Below are positions 48,228-58,700 of a DNA stretch of 64,000 bases, piece after piece. Both the position numbers and the translations under genes were made by a program. The notes beneath the pieces were generated by a model. It did no database searches. It had not been told where the DNA came from and saw nothing but the letters and a program-made list of their open reading frames with translations. Each line of letters opens with the position of its first letter. Position 1 is the first letter of the stretch. The DNA is from a virus. The DNA lies in IMG/VR virus record IMGVR_UViG_3300017971_004694; one strand, given 5' to 3'.

Positions 48228-49750
48228 TTTATGCCGCCTCCTGGTGCAAACGGTATAGACATGATTCCAGTTGGAACCGTGCTAGTTATGTAGGTTGTGT
48301 ATCCAACACTGGCGGGCTCCGGGAAAGGAACGTCGTTTCTTGCGGGTGTTGGGAGGGAACATTCTTGCTCTTGCTCTTCTAACTCTGGATTTTCATAAGG
48401 TTCTTTATCACCCAATGATTCTCTAATCTTATCTGTATCAACTGGCTTTTCGCCGCAAGGCTCAGAGAACCAATCGATGAGATCGACAAACATATCTTTA
48501 AATCCATAAGCTTTTGCTTCGGCGTATGCTGCCTTACATGGCCATCCGTTCTCGGTTCTAAATCTGGCTATGACGCCGCCCGTTCTATCTTGGCCAAAAT
48601 AGCAATGAACATAACAGGGTTTTTGAACTAAAAGCTTTGTGACGCAGTTTCCAAGAATATTTCTGCCGTATTCTTCTGGGCGTCCGCTCTCTAGAAATGC
48701 TGGGACATGCTCTAAGCCTACATCGTTGCACATTCGAGCGATGTCTGGATTCGCATGCAACGAGATCACCCTTTCTACTCCAAGTGATTTCATAGCTTCC
48801 AATTGTGCGTGGTCATCAATCATTCCGCCCCTATACACCATCCCAGGAACGACCACTGCAAAATTCCTGGGAAGCGACCTAGGGTTTGGTCTCAAATCTC
48901 CAATTTTATTCAAGGTTTCTACATCGAGCTTTCCTGTGGGTTGCAAGCCACTCTTTGCCTGCCAGCTAGCCAGCCCAACCACAAAATCAGCATCTAGTTG
49001 GGCAGTCTTACAAATATCTGTAATTATTCCAAACAAATCCATAACTGTCTTGCTGTGGGAAACTTTTTGATTAAATTCTACAGCATCCTCTATATCAAAC
49101 GCTGCAAGTCTCGGCTCACCTTTTAACAAAAGTGCGACACCTGTTTTGACCATCTGGTATTGATTCTTGTTAGCCGTGTGAGCTACAAATTCCAGATCCG
49201 GCTCGCCTATTGGGCTGTCGGGCAAATATTTCTGCCTGATGTCTTCAAGCTGCGAAGCAGCTTCTACGAGAGACGCCATAGCTCTTGGACGCATTCTGAG
49301 TCTTTGCATGAATTGTCTCGCCTCTGTCTCCGCCTCTGGCTCTCCTAGGAATGGAGATGTGACAGGGCGCGGTGCGCCCCTTCCAAGATGGCCCATCTCA
49401 TGAACGATGGTTTCCATCAAGCCGTCGAGAACAGCGTTTTCAAGCTCGCCTGAAGTTACAGTCTGCTTTGTTGCTTGGCCAGAATTGCGCATTGTGATCT
49501 CTCTAATCCTATCCTTGAAGATGTGGATCTCGCGCGGGTTTTTATTGGGGCCACTTTCCACATGACCCAATTGCCCAGAGCCACCTCCAGAGTGAACCTT
49601 GATTCTTATGTCTGGAGGCAGAAGACCTGGGCTGATTTGGTCAATCATATTCACTGCCTTATCAACAGCGGGATCCCAAGGCTCAATGACTATCCTGGCT
49701 GCTCGTTTGCTAAATGAAAAGCTCACTTCAATCTCCTTATACGGTTCCAA
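48224..49750 (-). CDS. Multidomain protein: zincin (HEMGH), PG-binding-like segment and Cys-dependent protein-tyrosine/dual-specificity phosphatase
   Basis: HEMGH...EPEAE; WQAKSGLQPTGKLDVETL; PRNFAVVVPGMVYRGG...VISLH...VHCYFGQDRTG (CX5R); N-terminal FSKRA. Confidence 0.75.
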   Translation of the reverse strand: MEPYKEIEVSFSFSKRAARIVIEPWDPAVDKAVNMIDQISPGLLPPDIRIKVHSGGGSGQLGHVESGPNKNPREIHIFKDRIREITMRNSGQATKQTVTSGELENAVLDGLMETIVHEMGHLGRGAPRPVTSPFLGEPEAETEARQFMQRLRMRPRAMASLVEAASQLEDIRQKYLPDSPIGEPDLEFVAHTANKNQYQMVKTGVALLLKGEPRLAAFDIEDAVEFNQKVSHSKTVMDLFGIITDICKTAQLDADFVVGLASWQAKSGLQPTGKLDVETLNKIGDLRPNPRSLPRNFAVVVPGMVYRGGMIDDHAQLEAMKSLGVERVISLHANPDIARMCNDVGLEHVPAFLESGRPEEYGRNILGNCVTKLLVQKPCYVHCYFGQDRTGGVIARFRTENGWPCKAAYAEAKAYGFKDMFVDLIDWFSEPCGEKPVDTDKIRESLGDKEPYENPELEEQEQECSLPTPARNDVPFPEPASVGYTTYITSTVPTGIMSIPFAPGGGIK

Positions 49751-50063
49751 GTATTTTGCCCAACTCGATTATCACCTGACCAACGAACCCTGGGTCAAGG
49801 CCCATTAGCAAGTTTTTGGTAATTCCAATAGCCTGACCAATAGCCGATGATGGCGGCAACCTTTTAGCACCCAGATCAACAGAAGATATTCTAAGCACTT
49901 TGCCTCTTAGCCTGCGCAAAAAGCGCCCGCGAAGTCTTACTGGAACACGGTGAAACATAAACTGAATAATCTTAAAGATAGACGCAGCCGCTTGGTCGGG
50001 TCTTGTGCCCGGCTGCTGAGCTTCCTTGCAAATGTCTCTTATGGAAAGTTTAATATCGGTCAT
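49737..50063 (-). CDS. Small internal-protein-like hypothetical protein
   Basis: 108 aa, ICKEA|QQ motif. Confidence 0.55.
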   Translation of the reverse strand: MTDIKLSIRDICKEAQQPGTRPDQAAASIFKIIQFMFHRVPVRLRGRFLRRLRGKVLRISSVDLGAKRLPPSSAIGQAIGITKNLLMGLDPGFVGQVIIELGKILGTV

Positions 50064-51734
50064 TTATTCATCAACCCTTTTGCCCTTTCTCCACTGATAG
50101 CAAGACCAGTATTTTGCTTTCGTTTTATTCTTGGCAGATTCGGTGTCACATTTGTGCCTAGCTCTGAAAGATTTACGACGCTTGGGGTCATCCCTCTTTA
50201 TTTCGAGTCCAGGATCGCCAAATTGAACCTTCTTTACCTTTTTTGTTTTGGGATCCATCACAAACACATGAAACTTCTTTTTACTACCAGATGGATTTCT
50301 TATTGGGTCATTAAGTTTCACCTTTTTGCCTTGATATTCGGCAGCTAGCACAGTTTTCTTCTTTGCAGATTTGTCTATACCATCATCAGCCCTAAAATCT
50401 TCTTCAGTAAGTTCTTGCGGCATATCCTTTTGTGTAAGTTCTTGCGGCATATCTCTTCGTGTAAGCGGCTGCGGAAACTGTCCCCTCTGTGGAGCAGGAG
50501 CAGGCTGCTTTTGCTGCTGTTGTTGTTGCTGTTGCGGCTGTTTTCCATACATTCTTCTCATATATTCCTGAAACTTAGCCGGATCTCTCAAACTCGTGCT
50601 TGGCCTAGCAGGAGGCTGTTGTTTAGCTGGTTGAGGAGCCGGTTGTCTTGGCTGTGGTTGAGGAGCCGGTTGTCTTGGCTGTGGTTGAGGTGCTGGTTGA
50701 GGTGCTGGTTGAGGTGCCGGCTGCCTCTGAGCTGGTTGCTGCTGTTGCCTCGCTCTGGTATTCTGAAGCCTAAAGTGATTGGCCCACTGATGAGCAAGAC
50801 CTTTATTTCTTATTGCCCTCACCCTTCTCTTTTGTTCCTCGGTCAACCCCTCCAGGTTTTGAGCCTCTTTTTCTATCCCATCGTCGGATTTTTGCCGTGA
50901 TTCAGCACGCATTATGTTTTGAAACACACCTTCAACCACCGCTTTACCTTTTTGTTCCCACATTTTTCTTAAAAGATCAAGAGCATTTGCGATTTTTGCT
51001 GGCTTGTAGCGCAGCATTAAGGCCTGAAAATATGTAATGTCCTGACTGTTAAGCCACTTGTCGAACTCAGTGTTTTTATTTACAAATTCTTTTCTCCATT
51101 GCATCCATTTTGCTTCTTGTTGTGCTGGTTTCGTCGGTTGATTGCGTTTTGCTTGCTGGGGCGCTTTCCATGGCGTACCAGGATATCCTAAATAACTATG
51201 CAACATTTTCCTAGTCAAATCTTTGATACGCCCTTTTTTCAAACTCGAAATTATATCTACTCCAGTTGCTTCCTGATATTGCTTAGCTCTCTGTGCCATT
51301 TCCGGGTTGGCTTTAAAGTATCTATCAACCCAATCTCCCTGAGCCTCTTTTTCTATGCCCAAAGAAGCCATAACATCCATAACATCTTGCTCTCCTTCAA
51401 ACAAATCCAGAAGATCGTATTCGGATCCACTGATCTCCTCTTCCTCTTCTATTTCATATGCAGGGGCTTCCTCCATAAAGGGAAGGACGCTTCTCTCTTT
51501 TTCCCTCTCTTCTTCCTCACGCCTTCCTTCATGGCGCTCAAACAAATAGGGCAGATCAAAGGGCTTTTTATTAGCAAGCCGCTTAAGGCGAATAGCTCTT
51601 GCTTCTTTTCTGCCTTGCTCTTCCAAAACCTTTGTGTGCTTTTTGACATATTCATCAATAATATCAGCCGCGTCAAAGAATCCCCTCTTATCGAGATAGT
51701 TTGCTAGGGCCACAAAATCTTTTAAGTTACTCAT
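50064..51734 (-). CDS. Internal head protein with K-x-A-separated segments, Gln/Pro repeats and a basic Cys-containing C-terminal domain
   Basis: IEKEA twice, IDKSA; C-terminal KKVQFGDPGLEIKRDDPKRRKSFRARHKCD...YWSCYQW pattern recalled from other phage hypothetical proteins. Confidence 0.65.
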   Translation of the reverse strand: MSNLKDFVALANYLDKRGFFDAADIIDEYVKKHTKVLEEQGRKEARAIRLKRLANKKPFDLPYLFERHEGRREEEEREKERSVLPFMEEAPAYEIEEEEEISGSEYDLLDLFEGEQDVMDVMASLGIEKEAQGDWVDRYFKANPEMAQRAKQYQEATGVDIISSLKKGRIKDLTRKMLHSYLGYPGTPWKAPQQAKRNQPTKPAQQEAKWMQWRKEFVNKNTEFDKWLNSQDITYFQALMLRYKPAKIANALDLLRKMWEQKGKAVVEGVFQNIMRAESRQKSDDGIEKEAQNLEGLTEEQKRRVRAIRNKGLAHQWANHFRLQNTRARQQQQPAQRQPAPQPAPQPAPQPQPRQPAPQPQPRQPAPQPAKQQPPARPSTSLRDPAKFQEYMRRMYGKQPQQQQQQQQKQPAPAPQRGQFPQPLTRRDMPQELTQKDMPQELTEEDFRADDGIDKSAKKKTVLAAEYQGKKVKLNDPIRNPSGSKKKFHVFVMDPKTKKVKKVQFGDPGLEIKRDDPKRRKSFRARHKCDTESAKNKTKAKYWSCYQWRKGKRVDE

Positions 51735-52405
51735 TTATTTACCCCTTTTTTGCAGAAGTGCTCCCACCAATTGTCCGCATCCTTGGGCAATGCCCTATAG
51801 CTTTTTGGTGGCGGAAGTAAGAACCCAGTCCTAAGCATAGAAATTAACTCTTTCATCTTTTCGTATTCAAAGTCTCTATCATCAATCAAACCAACTGTAT
51901 ATTTGTCGTATAGCTTTGAAGCCATTAAGTATGCTCTGTCCGCAGAAACCATTTTGCGAGTCTTTGGTTTTTTAACAACTTCACCAAAGTCTTCAAACTC
52001 CAACACTTCAGGAACAAGAGCATCAATTCTTTCCGACAGATCCGTTTCGCCCTTGCTTTCCAAAAGGCTGGCCACTTTGCCCAGCCCAATAAGACATTCT
52101 TCTTTGGGTTTGCCTGATATAAAATGTTCTATACAATTGTTTATGGCATCGGCTATATGAACCATACCTTTATTTTCCAAAGCGTCTGAGACATAAGTCA
52201 TAGAGTCAAGAATAGAAGCTTTTGAATATTTAAAACCACGCACTTGTTTTAAGCGCTCTTCTGCCCGCTTTTTACCCGATTCTCCACCATAACAGCCAAA
52301 TTCTTGGTATTTGCCCTTCTTGGTTTTTTTATGTCCTATGACACAATAAACCGTTTTGCCTTTTCTTTTCCTAGTGACTATCTTGGCGAGCTTCGTAATA
52401 CTCAT
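51731..52405 (-). CDS. Internal head protein (basic N-domain plus two helical motifs)
   Basis: Start MSITKLA after GGAGAGG; YCVIG...FGCY...AEERLKQV; ATGA overlap with the next gene. Confidence 0.6.
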   Translation of the reverse strand: MSITKLAKIVTRKRKGKTVYCVIGHKKTKKGKYQEFGCYGGESGKKRAEERLKQVRGFKYSKASILDSMTYVSDALENKGMVHIADAINNCIEHFISGKPKEECLIGLGKVASLLESKGETDLSERIDALVPEVLEFEDFGEVVKKPKTRKMVSADRAYLMASKLYDKYTVGLIDDRDFEYEKMKELISMLRTGFLLPPPKSYRALPKDADNWWEHFCKKGVNK

Positions 52406-52415
52406 ATCCTCTCCA

Positions 52416-52757
52416 TTATTTATTATACTTTCTGGAACCAAACATTTTATTAGTCAAAGAAGCATTTACGGCCTTATGGAAATCAAACTCAGGAAGCCAT
52501 ATTGCTTTAATGTTTCCTCCAGATGAATCACAGTTTATGTAAATTTCTCCAACATCGGGCACGTCAAGGGTCAACATATCACTATCAATATCCACATCTA
52601 CAACCGTTCCTCTAAAGAAACCGGTGTTATTCAGTGAGAACTGGTCAAAGTTAATGGATTCAATGTCTACACCCATCCACACACATATTTCTCTACCTAA
52701 AAATTTATCTCTAATGAAAGTAGCCATACCCATGATTATGCCCTCATAAGTCTTCAA
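52416..52757 (-). CDS. Small beta-barrel (possibly Sm-like) hypothetical protein
   Basis: 113 aa, GAGGG RBS; FLGREI.V...FRGTVVDVD...LTL...IYIN pattern. Confidence 0.45.
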   Translation of the reverse strand: MKTYEGIIMGMATFIRDKFLGREICVWMGVDIESINFDQFSLNNTGFFRGTVVDVDIDSDMLTLDVPDVGEIYINCDSSGGNIKAIWLPEFDFHKAVNASLTNKMFGSRKYNK

Positions 52758-52782
52758 TTTCTATGATCATTTATTATAAGAT

Positions 52783-55700
52783 TTATGCCGCCAAAAGTCT
52801 CTGCAATTTTCCCTTTAAGTTCAAATACCTGGGGACATTTTCTCTAAACTCATACACCAAGGCCCATCTTCTTCCTGCTGCGCTTGGGTGTTTGTCTTTT
52901 TTGGCTTCTTCGTATCTGGACTTCAGCCTTTCAATCTCTTCTTCTATAGACTCAATCATGCCAGAAATCTCTTCTTTTTTTAAGAACCTTATCCTTTCAT
53001 CTGGATCTGGAACATTCAAAAGATTTTTCCATCTTTTCACAACATTAGGTTCTCTTTGCTCGGGTCTTATATAGAGCGGATCCCAACGAAGTGGGCGCTC
53101 CCTATCTAAAATCTTCCCGGCAGTTTTCTGATCTATTTTGCCCAAAAACTTAATGTCTTTTTTATACTTGTTCCAGATCTCCTCCGAGAATAATATCTCA
53201 TGGACACCCTCTAATTTATGCAAGCCGCCGGCTTCTTTAATCATTTTCATAGGAACTTTATATGTATAGACATTTCCAAAAATGCCGTGGCGTGGGCCAA
53301 CTGTTCTCCAATTGGAAGTCATAAATAAGCCTACACTAATGGGCTCTTCTGTTTGCCTTGATCTTACCCAAGAGTGCTGACCAAGTTCAGCGTATTCTGG
53401 GTCTATCTTTTCCCAAAGCTCAGGATCAGGCAACCATCGTGTCTTGGGTCTGGGAATAGGTGGTCTTGGCCCTACGTGATACAATATTTTGTATTCTCCT
53501 TCCCTACGCACAGCCTCTTTCACAAACTCCCCTTTAGCAAATAGAAAGTCGTCCGCCATGTCCTCGCTTTCACCTATCTTGCTCCAATCCGCATCTGGCG
53601 GCATTAACCTATGTTTTTTGTATAGGTCTAGTTTGACTTCTTTATATCTTTCCATATCCCCTTCTTGTAATGCCCTGTGCTTTTCAAGTATTTGTCTATG
53701 CCTCTCTTCAACCGGGGCATCTAAGATGCGCTTGAGACCTTTAAGCTGATATTCCACATGCTCTTTGGGTCTTACTTTAAGATCTATAGAAATCCCTTCA
53801 GATGTCTCATATGTGTGCTCAACATAAGCGCCCTCTTTCACATTGGAAAATGGTATGCCCGCCTCTGTTAGCATCTTGCTGGTTCTCTCAACATCGTCGG
53901 TTCCAACTTGAAAGTCTATGTCCGATACGCCGGGGATGTTAATTCCAGCCGCCGTTGAACTAACACAAACAGGATCAATCCCAAGTTCCTTGAGTCTCTC
54001 TTGCTCTCTTTTCATTATCCTGAACATCTTGCGGCGTTCTCTGGCGCTCTTTAGCAAGACTTCATATTCTTCTTTGGTGTATTTTGCCGCTTTCTTGAAT
54101 AGTTCTTTTTTCCTGTCCTCATCTATTCTTGCGGCATCCATCTGCTTGTCTGTGGCCACCACCGCCTTGATGGTCTTTTTCTTCTGCATCACGGCTTTGG
54201 CTAGTCGATGGTAGCCGTCAATAACCTCGCCCTTATATACCAAGATCGGATATTTCAAATCCGCGTCCTTTATTCTTTTAGTATCATCCTTATATTTCTT
54301 AGGATTCTCAAGCACCTCTTCTGGACTATGGGCACCCTTCCCTGGACCAACCTCATCACCCCATACTTTTTCTTTCATGTTCCATTCAAGAGTGCTAATG
54401 GGGACATTCTCCGCTTTGTTGTCCGCAGTGATTTCTATTAACATATCCACGGAATATGCTCTATCACTATCCGTGTAAGTCTGCCCAGCCTTCTTCTCAA
54501 GATCATCTTCCTTGGCTTCCATGATCATCCACTTGTTTCCATCAGTCTTGAAGACCTTGTAGGCGCCCTTTTCCTTTTTGCCCTTCAACTTAAAGACAAT
54601 TTTGCTGCCGCTCCAGGAGATTTCATTATAGGTTCCAGAGTCATAAACTTCCACTTTTCCAGCACCATATTCGCCCTTGGGAATCTCTCCCTTGAACTTC
54701 ATGTATGAAATTGGGTGATCTTCCGTCTTCATGGCCAACAGCTTTTCTTTGCCTTTGGGAAGCTTGTGTTTTGGGATTGCCCATGAAGACATAGCACCCT
54801 GATCGTTTTCAAGTCTCAAATCGAAGTGTTCCCCAGCCCTCTCAGCCTTGTGGCGTTGAATTACAAACCTGTGCTTATTCTTTCCTTCTTCTTTGCCCTC
54901 TGGTTCTGGGGTCTCTTCAAACTCTCTTTTTTTTTTGTAAGTTGAAAGCGGGTCTTTCGCTGCCAATCTCAATTGGGCTTTCTTTCTACCCTTCATTTTG
55001 AAAAGTTCCATATCCAGAATATCCTCTATATTATATGGATATTCCTTCATAGTTCTTTCAATCTGCTTAGAGAACCTGGCCCAGAATTCTGGATTGTCTT
55101 TTTGAAGCACAACAAGCTCATGGAACTTATCCCAGAAATCAGCACCTATCTTATTATTCTCAAGCTCGTTTATCGCCTTGATTGGCATCCAGTCATACTT
55201 CCCAGGCATTACCAAAGCTCTCACAAGCATATATTTGCCCGGAGTAAACTGATTGGTCTTGGTGGTTAATGAGATTCCATTGTAGTCGTGTTCTTTCATG
55301 CCGCTAATGTCATCTTCCTTACCAGCCACCATTTTCTCAGCTTGCCATTTTGGTACAGCCTCAAGGCCGCCAATTTGTCTTGGTTCCAATCCTTCCAGAT
55401 CGGTTTCGTCTAAGTTCCAGATGTCCAATACTCTAAGCAACCTTGGCGTAGTTCCTTTTCTCCTCTGGCGTATTTCTTTACCCTGTAGGTTAAACCTGGC
55501 ACCAAGCGGAATGGCATCCTTGCGAGGAAGCTTCAGTCCATCTTCAACTTTCGTTATGAAATATGTGCCTGGGCCATCAGAGGATATACCATCTCTCTTC
55601 ATGGATACAAGCCACTCATCTAAACCAAACCTTTCATATGGGTTCTCAACGGACAACATTTTATCCACCCAACGCTGAAGTAGAGGTATAGAAACTTCTT

Positions 55701-58700
55701 GTTTTTTGAATTTCTCATTGATCTTCTTCTTCCTCTCTTCAAGTTTGTTCTGCATTTCCGACGAGCCCGTGCCCTTATTTTTCTTGACCTCTGCCTCAAG
55801 CATAGCCCTGGCCATCCAACCAACATAATGTAGTGGATCGTCAAAGGCATAGTCCTTTGTGGCACTCAAAAGAAATAGTTTTCTCAGAAGAGCAGCTCGT
55901 CTCTTTGCGGATGGCGCTTTAACCTCCCCTTCCTCTATTTTCTCTTGTAGGAAACTCAGCTCGTCATAATAGTCATAGTATTGTCGAACGGCACAGCTTT
56001 GGCCTATTGGAGCCACTTCGTTAAAAGCAACCATCAAATCTGCATGAGGATTTTGCTCTCTATGCTCTTGCGGAATCTCTTCCCTTCTCAGCTCTTTTTC
56101 AACCGTTCCCCACATATCTCTTGTGTGAGGTCCCCACAAAAAACCAGCAGCCGGAACCTTTTGTTCCTTTCTGGCTCGGCCAATGGTAAATCTTACACCA
56201 TCATGCGGACAGATAAAGGGAACCTCGTCCAGCCATGCTGGCGGAGTTCTTCCCTCTCCCTCGGGAGATGGCACAGCCTCTTCTTCTCTGGCTTCCTGTT
56301 CTGTTATTTCTTCTTCCATTGGGGGCACAAGTCCGTAATATCTTTTAAGCTTTGCTTTGATTTCCTGGCCTCTGCCTGTTTTCCAAATGTGGTGGTTCCA
56401 ATCAATAGAATTCAAGGGAACCCTACCACCTGGACAAGTTGGATTTGGGCACCAAGTATGAGACCAAGGCACTGCGGCTTGGGCTGAATATATTCCCATC
56501 TTTCTTTCTATATCTTTTTTCTCCTGCGCCAATCCACTTATTTTTTCATTAAGGTTTGTGAGCAATCTGTTCAGATCTCGTATCTTGCGCTCACCACTTT
56601 CTTTATCTTTAGGATCTGTATATGTGTCCTTGGCCTTGGAAAAGAATCTCAAAAGCTTGTTGGCTTTCTCTTGTTCTCTTTGCATAGTAGTTAATTTGCT
56701 ATCCAAGCGAGGCAGTTCTACGTTCCTCAGGCCTTCTACTCTTCCGGCGCAGTCTGGACACGCCCAGGTGCGTTTTTTTGTCTTTTGCATCTTGGGTGGA
56801 AGGGAGTTTTTCTCAAGGGTTTTACATATAGAGCACACTGGATTTTTTGATACTGTGTAGCCCTTATCCTTGGCCACTTCCTTGACCATCTGTCTGTCCA
56901 GGATTTTATAAATCCATTTATCCATGTTTATTGGTTCTACATTAGCCCTGTCCTCAGAGAAATATTCATTGGCCAAATCTGTGGTTTTCTCTATAATCTT
57001 CTGGATATAAGGTTTGGCCTCAGGCTGCTCTTCGAAATCAAGTTCTTGATTTCTTAGTTTTCTGGCCCTCTTCGTATCTATATCATCAAACATGCCAAAT
57101 GGCGCGTCAGGGAAAGTTCCAAATTGCTTGTTCAACCTGCCAGAATTTCTTATAAACCACATGCGACCTATAGATCTAACTATGTAAGGCAGAATCCAGC
57201 TCTGTAGGAGATGAGGCTCCTTCTTCAATATTTCCCAAGCTTTTGGATCATTAAGCAATTTTCTAAACTTAGGCCCTTCTTCCATTTTGTCTGGTGTAAA
57301 AAAGTCAAGCGCCTCCGAGGACATAGGGGGCGGATCTGGTTCTTTCCAAGTAGCCGTGCCCTTTTCGTCCACAGGAACCTCAAGTTTGGGGGCAAAGTAT
57401 GGCTTTGCCTCCGCAAGATGCCTTGCCTCTTCTTCTAGAGCTTCCATGCTATATTCTTCTACTACGTCCTCTTCTTCTTCCTTTTTGGCTTCTTTCTCCT
57501 CCTCGGACATCAGTTTTGAAATTTCTTCCCAGCGCTCTTCGAACTTTTCAGGATTGGCAAGCTCAACAAGCTCGCCGGCCATCTTTCCAGGGACAGCGGC
57601 GTATAGCTCAAAGCCGTTCATCATTCTATTATATCCCTTCTCCGCTTCTATGTCGGCTGCTTCTATATCATCCATATCAATGAAGGATTTGTTTAAATAC
57701 TCCGTTAAAGCTTCTGGATCAAGCGTCATTATTCTCTTCACTTCCTCATTGGCCTTACGAGCAAGGTATTCGTCTATTAGTTTTTTGATGGTGTGCTTTT
57801 GTTTTTCTGTAATCTCTCTGACTGCAGGAGGAACAACCTCTTTCTCCCTTTCAGCTTTTCTTTCTCGTCCAAGCAAATATGCAACCTCTTCTGGAGTCAA
57901 ATCTTCTAGTTCTGTAAATTCTTCCTCTTCTTCCAGCTCCTCTTCTTCCTCTTCAGGAATGGCAACTTCTTCCAGCTCTTCTTCCTCAAAAGCAACCTCT
58001 TCTGGCTCTGGCTCTGGCTCTGGCTCTGGCTCAGGTTCTGGCTTGGGAGCTTCTTCTACAACCGGAGGCTTTTCCTTAATCTCTTCTGGAACGGGAGCTG
58101 GAATTGGCTCCTCGCTTACATCCTCCCATTCGTCATCCTCCTCTTCCTCGGAGATTTCCTCAAGAAACTCCTCTTCCTCTTTCGGAAGCTCTTCAGGGAG
58201 CGCCTCTTCCTCTTCAAGTTTGGCCAACTCCTCTTCCTTTTCTTTTAGAAACTCCTGGTATGGTTGCTTCATGCCCTCAAGCAAACCCTGTTCTTCTTTT
58301 TCTTTTCTCCACTTCAGAAACTCATCAAGTTCTTCTTTACCTGGCGCCTCTCTTTTTGGCTTGGGCTCTACCCCTTCTTCCTCAAGTTCTTCGTATGTTC
58401 CACCATAGGGCTTCATCTTTTCGCCAAACATCTCAACGGCTTTTTCGCTTGGAAGTGGTCTTGGCTCAGTTGGCTCCACGAAGCCCTCTTCTTCCCTTTC
58501 GCGTCTTTGTTCCCCTTTAAGCCTCTCGATTTCAGCTTCGTCAAGCCCAGCTGCGAATTTTTCTATTCTATCTAAAACCTCACTAGCTTTTAGCCATGCT
58601 TCATATTTTTGTTTGGCTGGCCCCAAAGTCTCTGCGCCATTAAGGAAATTGGCGAACACCCAGGCAAAATTCTCTGAGTCGTCTGGGCCAATAGCCGTGA

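Noticed and set aside
41333-49750. Eukaryotic or giant-virus (NCLDV) origin suggested by HMG-like, zinc-knuckle and tyrosine phosphatase domains
   Set aside because: Shine-Dalgarno sites, intrinsic terminators, an HK97-type capsid, contractile tail genes and PG-binding domains all indicate a bacteriophage.
54195-54225. DGY in the polyprotein counted as part of the DGY tag
   Set aside because: It is part of the ParB/Srx IDGxHR catalytic motif, so coincidental.
54927-54936. A10 run in the phosphoesterase domain as a slippage site
   Set aside because: The frame is intact through it (YKKKREF) and matches the LigD PE N-terminal pattern; no alternative ORF depends on it.
57300-58540. Glu/Pro-rich stretch with PEPEPE microrepeats as a distinct element
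   Set aside because: Low-complexity linker between polyprotein domains, with no independent structure evident.
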